Source of the DNA: a bacterium
Lineage (GTDB): Bacteria; UBA8248; JACPRG01; G963555815
DNA: 64,000 nucleotides
Direction: 5' to 3'
NCBI GenBank assembly: GCA_965261595.1
Contig: CBDHDG010000006.1
Span: 768,001 to 832,000, forward strand
Under the pieces are notes generated by a model. That model was not told the origin of the DNA, searched no databases, and was given only the letters and a program-made list of their open reading frames with translations. Numbering within the stretch: the first letter of the stretch is position 1; each line of letters starts with the position of its first letter. The position numbers were made by a program, and so were the translations under genes. Positions 19,939 through 29,876 of the stretch are shown in pieces.

Positions 19939-22446
19939 ATGAAATCAACCCCTGAAGACATCCGCGCCTACCTGGCGGACCATCCCGAAAAATCGGCCAG
20001 CCTCCGGGAGATCATCCGGCACTTCGCAATCCCCGAGGCGGACCGGCCCGCCTTCCGCCGCACGGTCAAGCGGCTGGCGGGAGAGGGCTTTCTTGTCCGG
20101 GCGCGCGGCGGCCGGTACGCGGCCCCCGAAGCCCTCAACCTCGTCACAGGAAGGCTTCAGGCCCACCCGGACGGATACGCCTTCGTGGTCCCCGCACCGG
20201 CCAAGCCCACCGGGGAGGGGGAAGCCGCGCCGGACGGCGTTTCCCTTGTCCGCGAAGGCGAGGACGTCTTCATCCCGCCGGGCGCCCGGGCCGGCGCCCT
20301 GCACGGCGACCGGGTGACGGCCCGGAGAAAACAGGGGATGCGCGGGAAGTGGGAAGGCGAGATCGTGCGGATCGAAGAAAGGGGGGCCGGCGAGATCGTC
20401 GGCCGGATCGACGGCGCCGGGGGCCGTCGCTGGTTCGTTCCCCTGGACCCCCGATTCGGTGAGCGGGCGGTCATCGCCAGAGACGGGGATCACCCGGACG
20501 CCCGCAAGGGCATGCTCGCCGTCCTTCAAATCGACCCCGACCCAACGCGCCGCGTCCCCGGGCGGGGGGGGGAGAGGGGAAGGGGCGGAGGCCGGACAAG
20601 GAGGCCGGTTCCCGGGGCGACGGGAAAAATCGTCCGGGTTCTGGGCTATCCGGACGACCCCCGGGTCGAGGTGGACATGATCTGCGCCGAGTTCGGCCTG
20701 CGCACGGATTTCCCCGAAGAGGCGCTTCGGGAGGCAGCGTCACTCCACGAGCCGGACGCGGCGGAGGCCCGCAAGCGCGAGGACCTGCGGAACCTTCTGA
20801 CCGTCACGATCGACGGCGAGACGGCGAAGGATTTCGACGACGCGGTCTCCTTGGAGACTCTGCCTGGCGGCGTGCGCCGTCTCGGCGTCCACATCGCCGA
20901 CGTCAGCAGCTACACGGCCGAAGGGGGCGCCCTGGACACCGAGGCCCGGCTCCGCGGGACAAGCGTCTACTTCCCCGGCGCCGCGATCCCGATGCTGCCA
21001 CCCGGCCTGAGCGAAAACCTCTGCTCACTCCTTCCGAACCGGGACCGGCTGACCCTGACTGCGTTTCTGGACTACGACCGGCAGGGGTGCCGGACGGGCA
21101 TCCGGCTGGCCGATACGATCATCCACAGCCGGGCGCGCCTGACGTACGCCGGCGTGTCTTCCTTTCTGGATGGAGAGACGGCCGCGGGCCCTCCCGAAGA
21201 CGCTCCGCCGCCCGACGTCACGCCGCCCGAGGGGTACGAGGAGGTTCCCGGCCTGGAGAAAACCCTGCGGAAAATGGCCCGGCTGGCCCGGCAGCTCCGG
21301 TCGCGGCGGCTGAATGAGGGGGGCCTCGACCTGGACATCCCCGAGCCGGAGGTCGTGGTGGACGCCGAAGGCCGGGTCACCCGGATCCGGCGCGCGCCCA
21401 GGCACTTCTCCCAGCAGATCATAGAGGAGTTCATGCTCGCGGCGAACCGGTCGGTGGCCGAGCGGCTGGCCGGGACGGACCCGCCGCGGCCGGACGCCGA
21501 GGACGGGGACCGGCCGGGGATGTTCCGCGTCCACGAGCCGCCCGATCCCGACAAGTTGAAAGAGATCGCCCTTTTGCTTCGCAACCTTCACCACCAGACG
21601 CCCGGTCTTTCCTCGGGCGATCCTCGGGCGCTCGGGCGGGTCCTCACGGCGGCCCGGGGCGGGGCGGAGGAGGCTTTCGTCAACATGGCGGTCCTTCGCG
21701 CCATGAAGCTCGCGCGATATGATCCGGCCAACCTCGGCCACTTCGGTCTCGGCTTCGCGCACTACACGCACTTCACCTCGCCCATCCGCCGGCATCCTGA
21801 CCTGATCGTCCACCGGCTGATCCGGGCCGACGGATTGACGGGTCGGCGGAAGATGGGCCGCAGGAGGCTCCAGAGCCTCGAAGGTCGCATGCACACCCTG
21901 GCCGGTGAGGCGTCCCGGCTCGAGCGGGCCGCCGAGAGCGCCGAGCGGGCGATGCTCGACTACAAGCGCGTGCAGTTCATGCGGGATCTCGTCGGCGAAA
22001 CGTTCGAGGGCAAGGTGAGCGGGATCGTCCGCACCGGCTTCTTCGTGACGTTGAACGAACATTTTGTGGACGGGTTCGTCCGCCTAGCGGATTTCGGGGA
22101 TGACTACTACGTATTCGAGGAGGAGAATTACCGTCTCCTCGGCCGGCGGACGCGCCGAGCCATCAACCTGGGGGACGAGGTCACCGTCCGGGTGGACCGT
22201 GCGAACCTGGACACGCGGCGTATCGACTTCTCACTGTCCGGGCCGGAGGCGTCCGGGGGGGTGCCGGAGACAGCGGGACGACGCGGACGGAAAACGTCCC
22301 CCCCCCATCCCCCTTCCCCTTCCCATCGTTCCGGACAGCCGCGGCGGGCGGGAGGAAAGACCCTCAAGGCCGAAGGGCGGGGATCGACGCCGAGAAAGAG
22401 AGGCGGGACAACGCGAAAGGCGGGCCGGAAGAGCGGAAGGCGGTAA
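19939..22446 (+). CDS. rnr: Ribonuclease R
   Basis: TIDGETAKDFDDA, EEFMLAAN, YTHFTSPIRR, S1 domain, basic tail; upstream of smpB. Confidence 0.95.
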   Translation: MKSTPEDIRAYLADHPEKSASLREIIRHFAIPEADRPAFRRTVKRLAGEGFLVRARGGRYAAPEALNLVTGRLQAHPDGYAFVVPAPAKPTGEGEAAPDGVSLVREGEDVFIPPGARAGALHGDRVTARRKQGMRGKWEGEIVRIEERGAGEIVGRIDGAGGRRWFVPLDPRFGERAVIARDGDHPDARKGMLAVLQIDPDPTRRVPGRGGERGRGGGRTRRPVPGATGKIVRVLGYPDDPRVEVDMICAEFGLRTDFPEEALREAASLHEPDAAEARKREDLRNLLTVTIDGETAKDFDDAVSLETLPGGVRRLGVHIADVSSYTAEGGALDTEARLRGTSVYFPGAAIPMLPPGLSENLCSLLPNRDRLTLTAFLDYDRQGCRTGIRLADTIIHSRARLTYAGVSSFLDGETAAGPPEDAPPPDVTPPEGYEEVPGLEKTLRKMARLARQLRSRRLNEGGLDLDIPEPEVVVDAEGRVTRIRRAPRHFSQQIIEEFMLAANRSVAERLAGTDPPRPDAEDGDRPGMFRVHEPPDPDKLKEIALLLRNLHHQTPGLSSGDPRALGRVLTAARGGAEEAFVNMAVLRAMKLARYDPANLGHFGLGFAHYTHFTSPIRRHPDLIVHRLIRADGLTGRRKMGRRRLQSLEGRMHTLAGEASRLERAAESAERAMLDYKRVQFMRDLVGETFEGKVSGIVRTGFFVTLNEHFVDGFVRLADFGDDYYVFEEENYRLLGRRTRRAINLGDEVTVRVDRANLDTRRIDFSLSGPEASGGVPETAGRRGRKTSPPHPPSPSHRSGQPRRAGGKTLKAEGRGSTPRKRGGTTRKAGRKSGRR

Positions 22447-22509
22447 AGAGCAAAGAAGCACCCCATCGCATGGAAGTATAGACACCGGAATGAAAAAAGA
22501 GGCCAAGCC

Positions 22510-22818
22510 ATGAGCGCAAATCCAGTTTACGCAATCATCGACGTGGACGTGAAAGACCCGGCGTTGTTCGAGGAGTACGTGAAGGGATATGTCCCGACCG
22601 CCGAGAAGTTCGGAGGCAAATTCCTGGTCTCCCCGCACGGGGGCGGGTTCGAGAAGATCACGGGCGATTGGGAGCCGAGGAGGCTTTTCATCGTCCAGTG
22701 GCCGAGCGCGGAGGCCTATCACCGCTGGCGCCAATCCGAGGATTACCGCCCGTGGAACGAGCTGCGGCGCAAGGCGGCCGAGCCGAACATCATCCTCGTC
22801 GAGGGGCTGCCCCTGTAG
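22510..22818 (+). CDS. DUF1330 family protein
   Basis: EKFGGKFLV, GDWEP.R, SEDYRP..ELR, IILVEG. Confidence 0.85.
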   Translation: MSANPVYAIIDVDVKDPALFEEYVKGYVPTAEKFGGKFLVSPHGGGFEKITGDWEPRRLFIVQWPSAEAYHRWRQSEDYRPWNELRRKAAEPNIILVEGLPL

Positions 22819-22945
22819 AGGCCCGCGGCCGCTTTGAAACCCTGTGTTGCGGACGGTTCGCCCGGACCCTATCTTTAATGAAAGGGCTCCGACAGGGTGC
22901 GAATTCCAAACAGCGTGTAAAATCATATAATTACGGCGAGAAGGA

Positions 22946-23425
22946 GTGGTTTCCGTGACAGGCGGCATCAAGATCATCTGCAATAACCGCAAAGCCTGGC
23001 ACGATTACGCAATCGAGGAGACGCTCGAGGCGGGTCTGGTCCTGTGGGGATCAGAGGTGAAATCCCTCCGGGCCGGGAAGGCGAACCTGAAGGACAGCTA
23101 CGCCGACGTTCGGGGCGAGGAGATTTTTTTGGTCGGTACGCATATCAGCCCCTACAACCCGGCCGGCCAGTCGAATCACCACCCCGAGCGCGACCGCAAA
23201 CTCCTTCTTCACCGCAAGGAGATCGGCAAGCTCATCGGGAAGGTGAACGAGCGCGGGTTGACCCTCATCCCCCTGAAGATGTACTTCAAGCAGGGAAAGG
23301 CCAAGGTCGAGCTCGCCCTGGCCAAGGGGAAAAGGCAATACGACAAGCGCGAGACGCTCAAGCGCAAAGAGGCCCAGCGGGAGATGGCCCGGGCGATCAA
23401 AGACACGGGAAGGGCCAAGGCGTAG
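22946..23425 (+). CDS. smpB: SsrA-binding protein
   Basis: NRKAWHDY, GSEVKSLR, RKLLLH, KGKRQYDKR. Confidence 0.98.
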   Translation: MVSVTGGIKIICNNRKAWHDYAIEETLEAGLVLWGSEVKSLRAGKANLKDSYADVRGEEIFLVGTHISPYNPAGQSNHHPERDRKLLLHRKEIGKLIGKVNERGLTLIPLKMYFKQGKAKVELALAKGKRQYDKRETLKRKEAQREMARAIKDTGRAKA

Positions 23426-23678
23426 CTTGCAATTTTCATAACGAGGAGAGGGAAGCCCCCGCGCTATACTCGGGCGGTTGCAGGAGTCAACCGACTCGCG
23501 CCCCGCCCCTGCATTGAATCGACCGAAAACCTCGTCGCGTGTAGGGGCGGCGCCCAGTCGGAGAATCATTGTGAGAAAACCCGGCTGAGCGTTTTGCCGA
23601 TTCCTGATGATGGGTTTCTGAACGAATAGGAGGTGAGCGAGGAGAGAAGCTTTGTCCTTACTCCCGAATCGTCTGATT

Positions 23679-24038
23679 GGGGGCGATATGGCTTCGACGG
23701 GGGTGTATGAAGTCCGGGTCGCATGCCGAGGTGCCGTTGGCCTCGTTAAACCACGGCAACCAACAACTGCCGACCAAGAGTTGGCCCTCGCCGCTTAAAT
23801 AGCGGCCGAGCGCCCTTCCGGGCCGCGCCCGTAGGCCCGGGTCAGGGTGTCATAAAATCGGGCTAGTCCGCGGCGTCGCGCCTCGGGGCAGTCGCGGGCG
23901 AAACTGAACTGAGGCTGGCGCTCCTTCGTCCCCGCCGGGGGGATTTGAGGGGCGCGAGATCCAAAACCCCGGCTATGCATGTAGACGCCCGAGGCTGAAA
24001 ACCTTCGGACGGGGGTTCGATTCCCCCCGCCTCCACCA
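23679..24038 (+). ncRNA. ssrA: tmRNA; tag reading frame ADQELALAA* at 23769-23798
   Basis: 5' GGGGGCG..TTCGAC pairs with 3' CGCCTCC-ACCA; T-loop GGTTCGATTCC; follows smpB. Confidence 0.97.
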
Positions 24039-24039
24039 A
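24016..24039 (+). repeat. attL core (3' end of ssrA)
   Basis: TTCGATTCCCCCCGCCTCCACCAA, repeated at 53485-53508 with one mismatch. Confidence 0.92.
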
Positions 24040-24080
24040 TGTCATTATTCAAGTGTAATTAGAAATTATCACTTCTCACC

Positions 24081-24112
24081 AAAAGCCCCTTTTTTCAAGG
24101 GGTTTTCTTTTT
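24081..24112 (+). terminator. Island-supplied terminator after ssrA
   Basis: AAAAGCCCCTT-TTTTC-AAGGGGTTTT followed by T tract. Confidence 0.7.
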
Positions 24113-24173
24113 CCATGACTTGCAAGGTATCGCATGATTATCGTATGTTCTCTTCTTAATTGTTGGTATCTAT

Positions 24174-25388
24174 GTGGGTAACAACTTTGGAGAGAGGACA
24201 TATTCCGTGAGAAAACTCACCGCAGCCGAGGCGAAATCAATCAAGAGACCGGGGATGTATCGCGCCGGTGATACGCTCTATTTGCGCATTTCCTCCACTG
24301 GCGCGAAAAGCTGGGTGCAAAGAATTTTGGTCGACGGGCGTCGTCGCGACATCGGACTGGGTTCTTTTTCTCTCGTTTCCTTGGCCGAAGCGAGAGAGAA
24401 GGCACACCAAAACCGCCGCCTCGCCCGCGTAGACGGCGTCAACCCGCTGGCCGCAAAAAGGAAGGCCAAGGTCCCGACCTTCGCCGAGGCCGCGCTGAAG
24501 ACGCACGAGGTGCTCAAGCCGACTTGGCGAAACGAGAAACACGCCGTGTCATGGATGCAGACGCTTGAGAAATACGCCATGCCGCGCCTTGGTGATATGC
24601 GGGTGGACAAAATCGGTCGTGAGGATATGCTGGCCGTCTTGACGTCGATATGGGCCTCACGGCCAGAAACCGCGCGCCGTGTGCGCCAGAGAATCGGGGC
24701 GGTAATGGAATGGTCTCAGGCGCATGATTTCGTCGCTCAGAACGTCGCGCGCAACGCCATAAGCGGTGCTCTGCCGAAGTTACCGAAGGTGAAAGAACAC
24801 TACCGGACGCTGCCCTATCGGGAAGTAGCGGAGGCGCTCGAAATCATCGAAGCGTCAAAAGCATCCATGAGCGCGAAGTCATGTTTCAGGTTTCTCGTTC
24901 TAACCGCCGCCAGAAGCGGCGAGGCGAGGGGCGCCACATGGGATGAAATCAATCTCGAATCTCGGGAGTGGCGAATCCCGGCCTCGCGCATGAAGGCCTA
25001 CGTGGAGCATCGCGTTCCGTTAAGCGATGAGGCGGTCGCGGTGCTCGAAAAGGCGCGGGCGCTCGATGACGGGAGCGGGTTGGTTTTTCCATCGCCGGTG
25101 CGGAAGGGCAAGCCGTTGAGCGATATGACCCTGACAAAGGTTTTGAGAGACAACGGCTTTGCGGAGCGCGCGACCGTACATGGCTTTCGTTCGACCTTCC
25201 GCGATTGGTGCGCCGAGACGGGCAAACCGCGCGAACCTGCCGAGGCGGCACTGGCGCACATCGTCGGCGGTGTCGAGGGGGCTTATTTCCGAAGTGACCT
25301 TTTCGCGAAGCGCCGCCGATTGATGGAGTCGTGGGGCGCGTTCGTGGCCGGTAGCACCGGCAGGAAGGTGGTGCGGCTCCATGGATGA
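24174..25388 (+). CDS. P4-like tyrosine integrase (likely start GTG 24207)
   Basis: Arm domain LYLRI..GAKSW..IGLG..SLAEAR; TAARSGE, RMK, HRVPLS, HGFRSTFRDW, LAH, AYFRSD. Confidence 0.95.
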   Translation: MGNNFGERTYSVRKLTAAEAKSIKRPGMYRAGDTLYLRISSTGAKSWVQRILVDGRRRDIGLGSFSLVSLAEAREKAHQNRRLARVDGVNPLAAKRKAKVPTFAEAALKTHEVLKPTWRNEKHAVSWMQTLEKYAMPRLGDMRVDKIGREDMLAVLTSIWASRPETARRVRQRIGAVMEWSQAHDFVAQNVARNAISGALPKLPKVKEHYRTLPYREVAEALEIIEASKASMSAKSCFRFLVLTAARSGEARGATWDEINLESREWRIPASRMKAYVEHRVPLSDEAVAVLEKARALDDGSGLVFPSPVRKGKPLSDMTLTKVLRDNGFAERATVHGFRSTFRDWCAETGKPREPAEAALAHIVGGVEGAYFRSDLFAKRRRLMESWGAFVAGSTGRKVVRLHG

Positions 25389-25992
25389 ATTTATGGCCAT
25401 CCAGCGCGCCCTGAACCATCGTGAGGCAGGGACACGCCCGGAATTTCAAGAGGCCGTCGAAATCGCCCGTGGGCTGTTAAGGGTGTATGAAGCTGTCGGG
25501 AACACGCCGGCGGAGGCGCTGGCTTGCTCCTACTGGACTAACAAGGTCGACGTTCTCACTGCCTTCATTCGTTGTCCCGATTCGGCCGTGGAATGGGATA
25601 CAGTGAATTTGATTGCGCAAAAGATGCTTCGGGAAGAGAGGTCGCTACCCCCCGAGTTGGCAGAATGGATAGCCGACGTGCTGGCTGACCAGTTGTTGAA
25701 ACAGAAGGAGGAAAAACGAAGGCCGCGACTGACCAAAAGGGGTGTAGACCCGGACAAGGACTCCGTGCGAAACATGAAGATCGTTAACGCCGTGATGATG
25801 CTGACCGAACTGGGAATGATTGCGACGCGCAACATCACGCGGGGAGGAACCAACGCCGCTGAGGAAGGCGGCTCGGCATGTGATGCGGTCGGCATGGCGA
25901 CGGGTCTGACCTACAGGAACGTCGTACGCATTTGGACAGACGGCGCTCCGGCGTCTCCGGTTCTTTCCCGTTACACGCAAATCGAAAAATAA
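25381..25992 (+). CDS. Hypothetical protein between integrase and AlpA
   Basis: Overlaps the integrase stop; 203-aa open frame. Confidence 0.7.
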   Translation: MDEFMAIQRALNHREAGTRPEFQEAVEIARGLLRVYEAVGNTPAEALACSYWTNKVDVLTAFIRCPDSAVEWDTVNLIAQKMLREERSLPPELAEWIADVLADQLLKQKEEKRRPRLTKRGVDPDKDSVRNMKIVNAVMMLTELGMIATRNITRGGTNAAEEGGSACDAVGMATGLTYRNVVRIWTDGAPASPVLSRYTQIEK

Positions 25993-26064
25993 ATGGGATG
26001 CATGCCATCATTATTTTTGAGATTCTCCGAGTGCGTTCAATAAATCACATCTGGAGGATTTCAA

Positions 26065-26271
26065 ATGAAACTGCTGAATCGAGATCAAGTTGCTGATTTA
26101 GTTAGTCTTTCAATTCCCTCCCTATACAGGCTCATGCAAGCGGGCCGGTTTCCGAGACCCCTCAAAATTGGCCTCCGCGCCGTTCGGTGGCGAGAATCGG
26201 AAATCCGCGATTTCATCGCCTCGCGCCCCCGCGCGAGCGGCGAAACCGGCGAACCACCGAAGGCCGGCTGA
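26065..26271 (+). CDS. AlpA family regulator/excisionase
   Basis: SLYRLMQAGRFPRPLKIG.RAVRWRESEI; GGAGG RBS. Confidence 0.93.
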   Translation: MKLLNRDQVADLVSLSIPSLYRLMQAGRFPRPLKIGLRAVRWRESEIRDFIASRPRASGETGEPPKAG

Positions 26272-27176
26272 TGAACAAGCTCTCAGCCGAGGCCATCGCC
26301 CGCGGTCTGGAGCGCCCGCGCCGCTCCAGCGACGGCTGGATGGCGCGCTGCCCCGCCCATTTGGATCGTGAGCCGAGCCTGTCGATCCACGAAACCGAAG
26401 ATGGCAGGGTATTGGTCCGCTGCCATGCCGGCTGCGACCAGCGGGATGTAATTGTCGTACTGAAAGAACACGGACTGTGGAATGGTAGGATGCCATCGCA
26501 CCTTCGTCGTGCTTCGCACCGTAAGGCACCGCCGCTCCAACACGATCAGCGCCAGGCCGAACGGACCGCCGTCGCGCTTTCCATCTGGCAATCCACGGTC
26601 CCGGCTAACGGCACGCCTGTCGAGACCTACCTTGCCGGGCGCAGCCTGTCCCTGCCATTACCGCCGGCTCTCCGTTTTCATCGCGGCTTGAAGCACCCAT
26701 CGGGCGGGTTCTGGCCCTGCATGGTGGCGCTGGTGACGCAGGGCGATGTCGGCAACCCGCTGGCGATTCACCGTACCTTCCTCGCCCGCGACGGTGGCAG
26801 AAAGGCGCCGGTTGATCCGGCCAGGATGATGCTCGGTCCCTGTCGGGGCGGAGCGGTGCGGCTCGGCGTGCCTGATCAGCTGCTGATGGTCGGCGAAGGT
26901 ATTGAGACTTGTCTCGCGGCGATGCAGGCGACCGGACATCCTGCCTGGGCCGCGCTGTCCACCGCCGGCCTGCGTACGATCGACCTGCCCGCGACCGTGC
27001 ACGAGTTGATCGTACTCGCCGACGGCGATGAGTCCGGTGAGGCGGCGGCGAAGGACTGCGCCCTTCGCTGGATGAGGCGAGAACGGCGTGTGCGTATTGC
27101 CCGCCCGACAAGGGGTGCAGACTTTAACGATATGCTGCTCGGCCGTGCGCCTTGCAACGAGGAGAGCGCGCTATGA
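26271..27176 (+). CDS. Primase-like protein (Zn finger + Toprim)
   Basis: RCPAH.DR.PSLS..CHAGC; IHRTFL; VGEGIET; ADGD; DFND. Confidence 0.88.
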   Translation: MNKLSAEAIARGLERPRRSSDGWMARCPAHLDREPSLSIHETEDGRVLVRCHAGCDQRDVIVVLKEHGLWNGRMPSHLRRASHRKAPPLQHDQRQAERTAVALSIWQSTVPANGTPVETYLAGRSLSLPLPPALRFHRGLKHPSGGFWPCMVALVTQGDVGNPLAIHRTFLARDGGRKAPVDPARMMLGPCRGGAVRLGVPDQLLMVGEGIETCLAAMQATGHPAWAALSTAGLRTIDLPATVHELIVLADGDESGEAAAKDCALRWMRRERRVRIARPTRGADFNDMLLGRAPCNEESAL

Positions 27177-28990
27177 GCAGCGAGAACGATGGCTTGAACT
27201 CCATCCGCGATGCAATAGAGGCCGCCGAGGAAGTTCCGGATCTACTGGAGGAGCTGATCGGGAAATCAAAGGCTGACTCCGGCGCCGCCTTCGCCCCAGC
27301 GGTGTTGAAACAACTCGCGATGCTCAAGAAAAACGACCTTGCGGCGTTCGAGACGCTTCGGACGAAGCTCAAGACTTCGGGTTGCCGGGTGACCTTGCTC
27401 GATGAGGCCATCGCTGAGGAAACCGGCGAGGTCAGCAAGGGGAGACCGACACAGTCCGGCATTTTGATCGACCTCGCAGCCGAGGTGGAGCTTTTCCATA
27501 CCGCAGACAGTACGGCATACGGCGATCTTCACTTCAACGGACACCGCGAGACTTGGCCGGTCCGCAGCACGGGGTTTAAGCGCTGGCTCACGCGGCGGTT
27601 CTTTGAGTCCACTGAAGGTGCCCCGAACTCGGAAGCTCTTAAGGCGGCACTGCACGTGCTTGAGGCGCGAGCGTATTACGACGCGCCGCAGGCGGACGTC
27701 TTCATCCGAGTGGCGGGCCACGGGGTGAAACTCTACCTCGACCTCGCCGATGATTCCTGGCGGGCGGTGGAGATCGACGGTGCGGGATGGCGCGTCGTCG
27801 GCAAGCCGCCGGTTCGGTTCCGCCGGGCGGCTGGCATGCAGCCACTGCCGGTCCCGATACCGGGCGGGTCCGTGGATATGCTGCGTCCATTCCTCAACGT
27901 CGACGATGACGATTTCGTTCTTGTCGTGGCTTGGATGCTTGCCTGCCTGCGGGATTGTGGTCCCTATCCGGCCCTCGTACTGTCAGGCGAACAAGGATCG
28001 GCCAAGTCTACCTTTTGCCGCGTCCTGCGTGCGCTCCTCGATCCCAACACAGCCCCGCTGCGCGCCCTGCCACGCGAGAACCGGGAACTGTTCATCGCGG
28101 CACACAACCAGCATTTGCTTGTCTTTGATAATGTCTCTGGATTGCCGCCGTGGTTATCGGACACGTTGTGCCGTCTTGCCACGGGTGGCGGCTTTGCAGT
28201 GCACCAGCTCTATACCGACCAAGACGAGGTACTGTTTGATGCCATGCGTCCACTTGTCTTGAACGGCATCACGGACATCGTGAACCGGCCCGACCTCGCG
28301 GATCGGGCCATCTTCCTGACCCTGGACCCAATCCCGGAGGAGCGCCGTCGACCCGAGGAAGAACTCTGGGAGGAGATCCAAGAAGCACGCCCGAAGATTC
28401 TCGGCGCCTTGCTCGATGCTGTCTCGACCGGTCTGAGACAATACCATGGGACAAAACTGGAGAAGCTGCCGCGCATGGCTGATTTCGCGCGCTGGGTGAC
28501 AGCCTGTGAAACCGCCCTTTGGCCCGCCGGGACTTTCTCAGCGGCCTATCTCGTCAATCGCGACGCGGTGGTGGATAACGTCATTGATGCTGATCCAGTG
28601 AGTTCGGCGCTTCGCTCGCTGATGGAAAGGCGGACCGAATGGACGGGCACCGCGACGGAGCTTCTGGAAGTCCTTTCCGATGAAGTCGGCGAGCGGGTCA
28701 GCAAGACCAAGGCTTGGCCGACGAGCTCGCAGGCGTTGTCTGGACGGGTTCGTCGCGCCGCGCCCCTACTACGCAAGGTCGGGATCGAAATAGGTTTTAA
28801 AAAAGAAGGCCACGCGCGGACCCGGCTGATCGAGATTTTTCGGAAGACAGATAACAGGCGGATAACATCGTCCCTACCGTCCGCATCGTCCGCCGAAGGC
28901 GTCAAGGGTGCGTCCGGCAAAGGCTCGGAGGGCTTGGGGGTGCGGACGCAAGAGCCGTCTGCGGACGCAAACGGCCGTTTGCCGCACTAG
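27173..28990 (+). CDS. P-loop NTPase, probable replicative helicase of the element
   Basis: GEQGSAKST Walker A, VFDN Walker B, DLADR, LPRMADF; coupled to the primase stop. Confidence 0.85.
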   Translation: MSSENDGLNSIRDAIEAAEEVPDLLEELIGKSKADSGAAFAPAVLKQLAMLKKNDLAAFETLRTKLKTSGCRVTLLDEAIAEETGEVSKGRPTQSGILIDLAAEVELFHTADSTAYGDLHFNGHRETWPVRSTGFKRWLTRRFFESTEGAPNSEALKAALHVLEARAYYDAPQADVFIRVAGHGVKLYLDLADDSWRAVEIDGAGWRVVGKPPVRFRRAAGMQPLPVPIPGGSVDMLRPFLNVDDDDFVLVVAWMLACLRDCGPYPALVLSGEQGSAKSTFCRVLRALLDPNTAPLRALPRENRELFIAAHNQHLLVFDNVSGLPPWLSDTLCRLATGGGFAVHQLYTDQDEVLFDAMRPLVLNGITDIVNRPDLADRAIFLTLDPIPEERRRPEEELWEEIQEARPKILGALLDAVSTGLRQYHGTKLEKLPRMADFARWVTACETALWPAGTFSAAYLVNRDAVVDNVIDADPVSSALRSLMERRTEWTGTATELLEVLSDEVGERVSKTKAWPTSSQALSGRVRRAAPLLRKVGIEIGFKKEGHARTRLIEIFRKTDNRRITSSLPSASSAEGVKGASGKGSEGLGVRTQEPSADANGRLPH

Positions 28991-29051
28991 TCTTCCGTCC
29001 GCGGAAACCCCTGTGATACCTGGCTTGCGGACGGTGCGGACGGTAGGGACG
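28869..29051. repeat. Iteron-like GCGGACG cluster, candidate origin
   Basis: 25-bp inverted repeat (28869-28893 vs 29027-29051, one mismatch) enclosing further copies at ~28941, ~28960, ~28996. Confidence 0.65.
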
Positions 29052-29190
29052 CAAATTTCTCAGCTTAATCTGGCTGGCGGAAAGGGAATATGTTGTCAAT
29101 CGCCGGCGATGGCGAAAGGCCGGTGCCGGATGCACGAGGGCTTCAACGAGCCGTCGAGATCTCAAGCGTGCTGTTCGGAGGAGACAGCAC

Positions 29191-29250
29191 GGGTCCTCCT
29201 AGAGGGGGGTACGCATAGAGGTTTTAGTGAGTCGCAAAGTTCGACTATTT
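29191..29250 (+). other. Lambda-type cos-like packaging site
   Basis: GGGTCCT (cosQ-like) at 29191 and CTATTT at 29245, immediately before a Nu1-like ORF. Confidence 0.55.
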
Positions 29251-29308
29251 TCTGTTTGGACCCGGAGTCTCACACTGAGCCAGTGCGCGGACTTGGCAGG
29301 AGCGAGAG

Positions 29309-29815
29309 ATGAACGACACCGAAGCCCTGGCAGACCTTAGCGTCGAGCAGTTGATGGACGCCGGCATCCCGCGCCCGACCGCTTACAGGGTGAAGGCGGA
29401 GGGGAGAATACCGAGCGGCAAGAACGGCCAACTCATCCAGGAGCTGATCAGAGATGCGTTGCAGCCATCGAAGAACCGGTCCCGGTCTGCCCATCCTGGC
29501 ATGCTGGTTCCCGAACACGAGATGATGCCCGCCGAGGCGGACGCGCAGTGGCGAATCCACCGTGCCGGCCTTCAGAAGGCTAAGCGCATCGAGCAGGAGC
29601 GCCGTAACGCCGAGGCTGAGGGACGGTTGGTAGACGCGGACGTTGTTAGGGACCGGATCGCGGCGGCCGGTGTGGAGCTTCTGAGGGGCTTTGAGAACCT
29701 TCGCCGCAGTGTCGAGACGGTGTGCTGCCCGGAGTGTCGGGATGCGGTGGTCGATGCTGTGAGCGCGTCCACCGGAGATGTGGCCCGCCAGATCGGTAAG
29801 GCGTTGGCTGGATGA
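29309..29815 (+). CDS. Terminase small subunit (Nu1)-like / packaging protein
   Basis: N-terminal HTH-like segment, then KAKRIEQERRNAEAEGRLVDADVV coiled pattern. Confidence 0.55.
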   Translation: MNDTEALADLSVEQLMDAGIPRPTAYRVKAEGRIPSGKNGQLIQELIRDALQPSKNRSRSAHPGMLVPEHEMMPAEADAQWRIHRAGLQKAKRIEQERRNAEAEGRLVDADVVRDRIAAAGVELLRGFENLRRSVETVCCPECRDAVVDAVSASTGDVARQIGKALAG

Positions 29816-29876
29816 GCGCGCTACGAAGATTCAAAAAAAAGGCGATGGAAGCTATCGGCGAGCCGCAACGTCGGCA

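Noticed and set aside
23487..23560. Hairpin between smpB and ssrA as a riboswitch
   Set aside because: Fits a paired GTAGGGGCG REP-like unit; no aptamer consensus recognised
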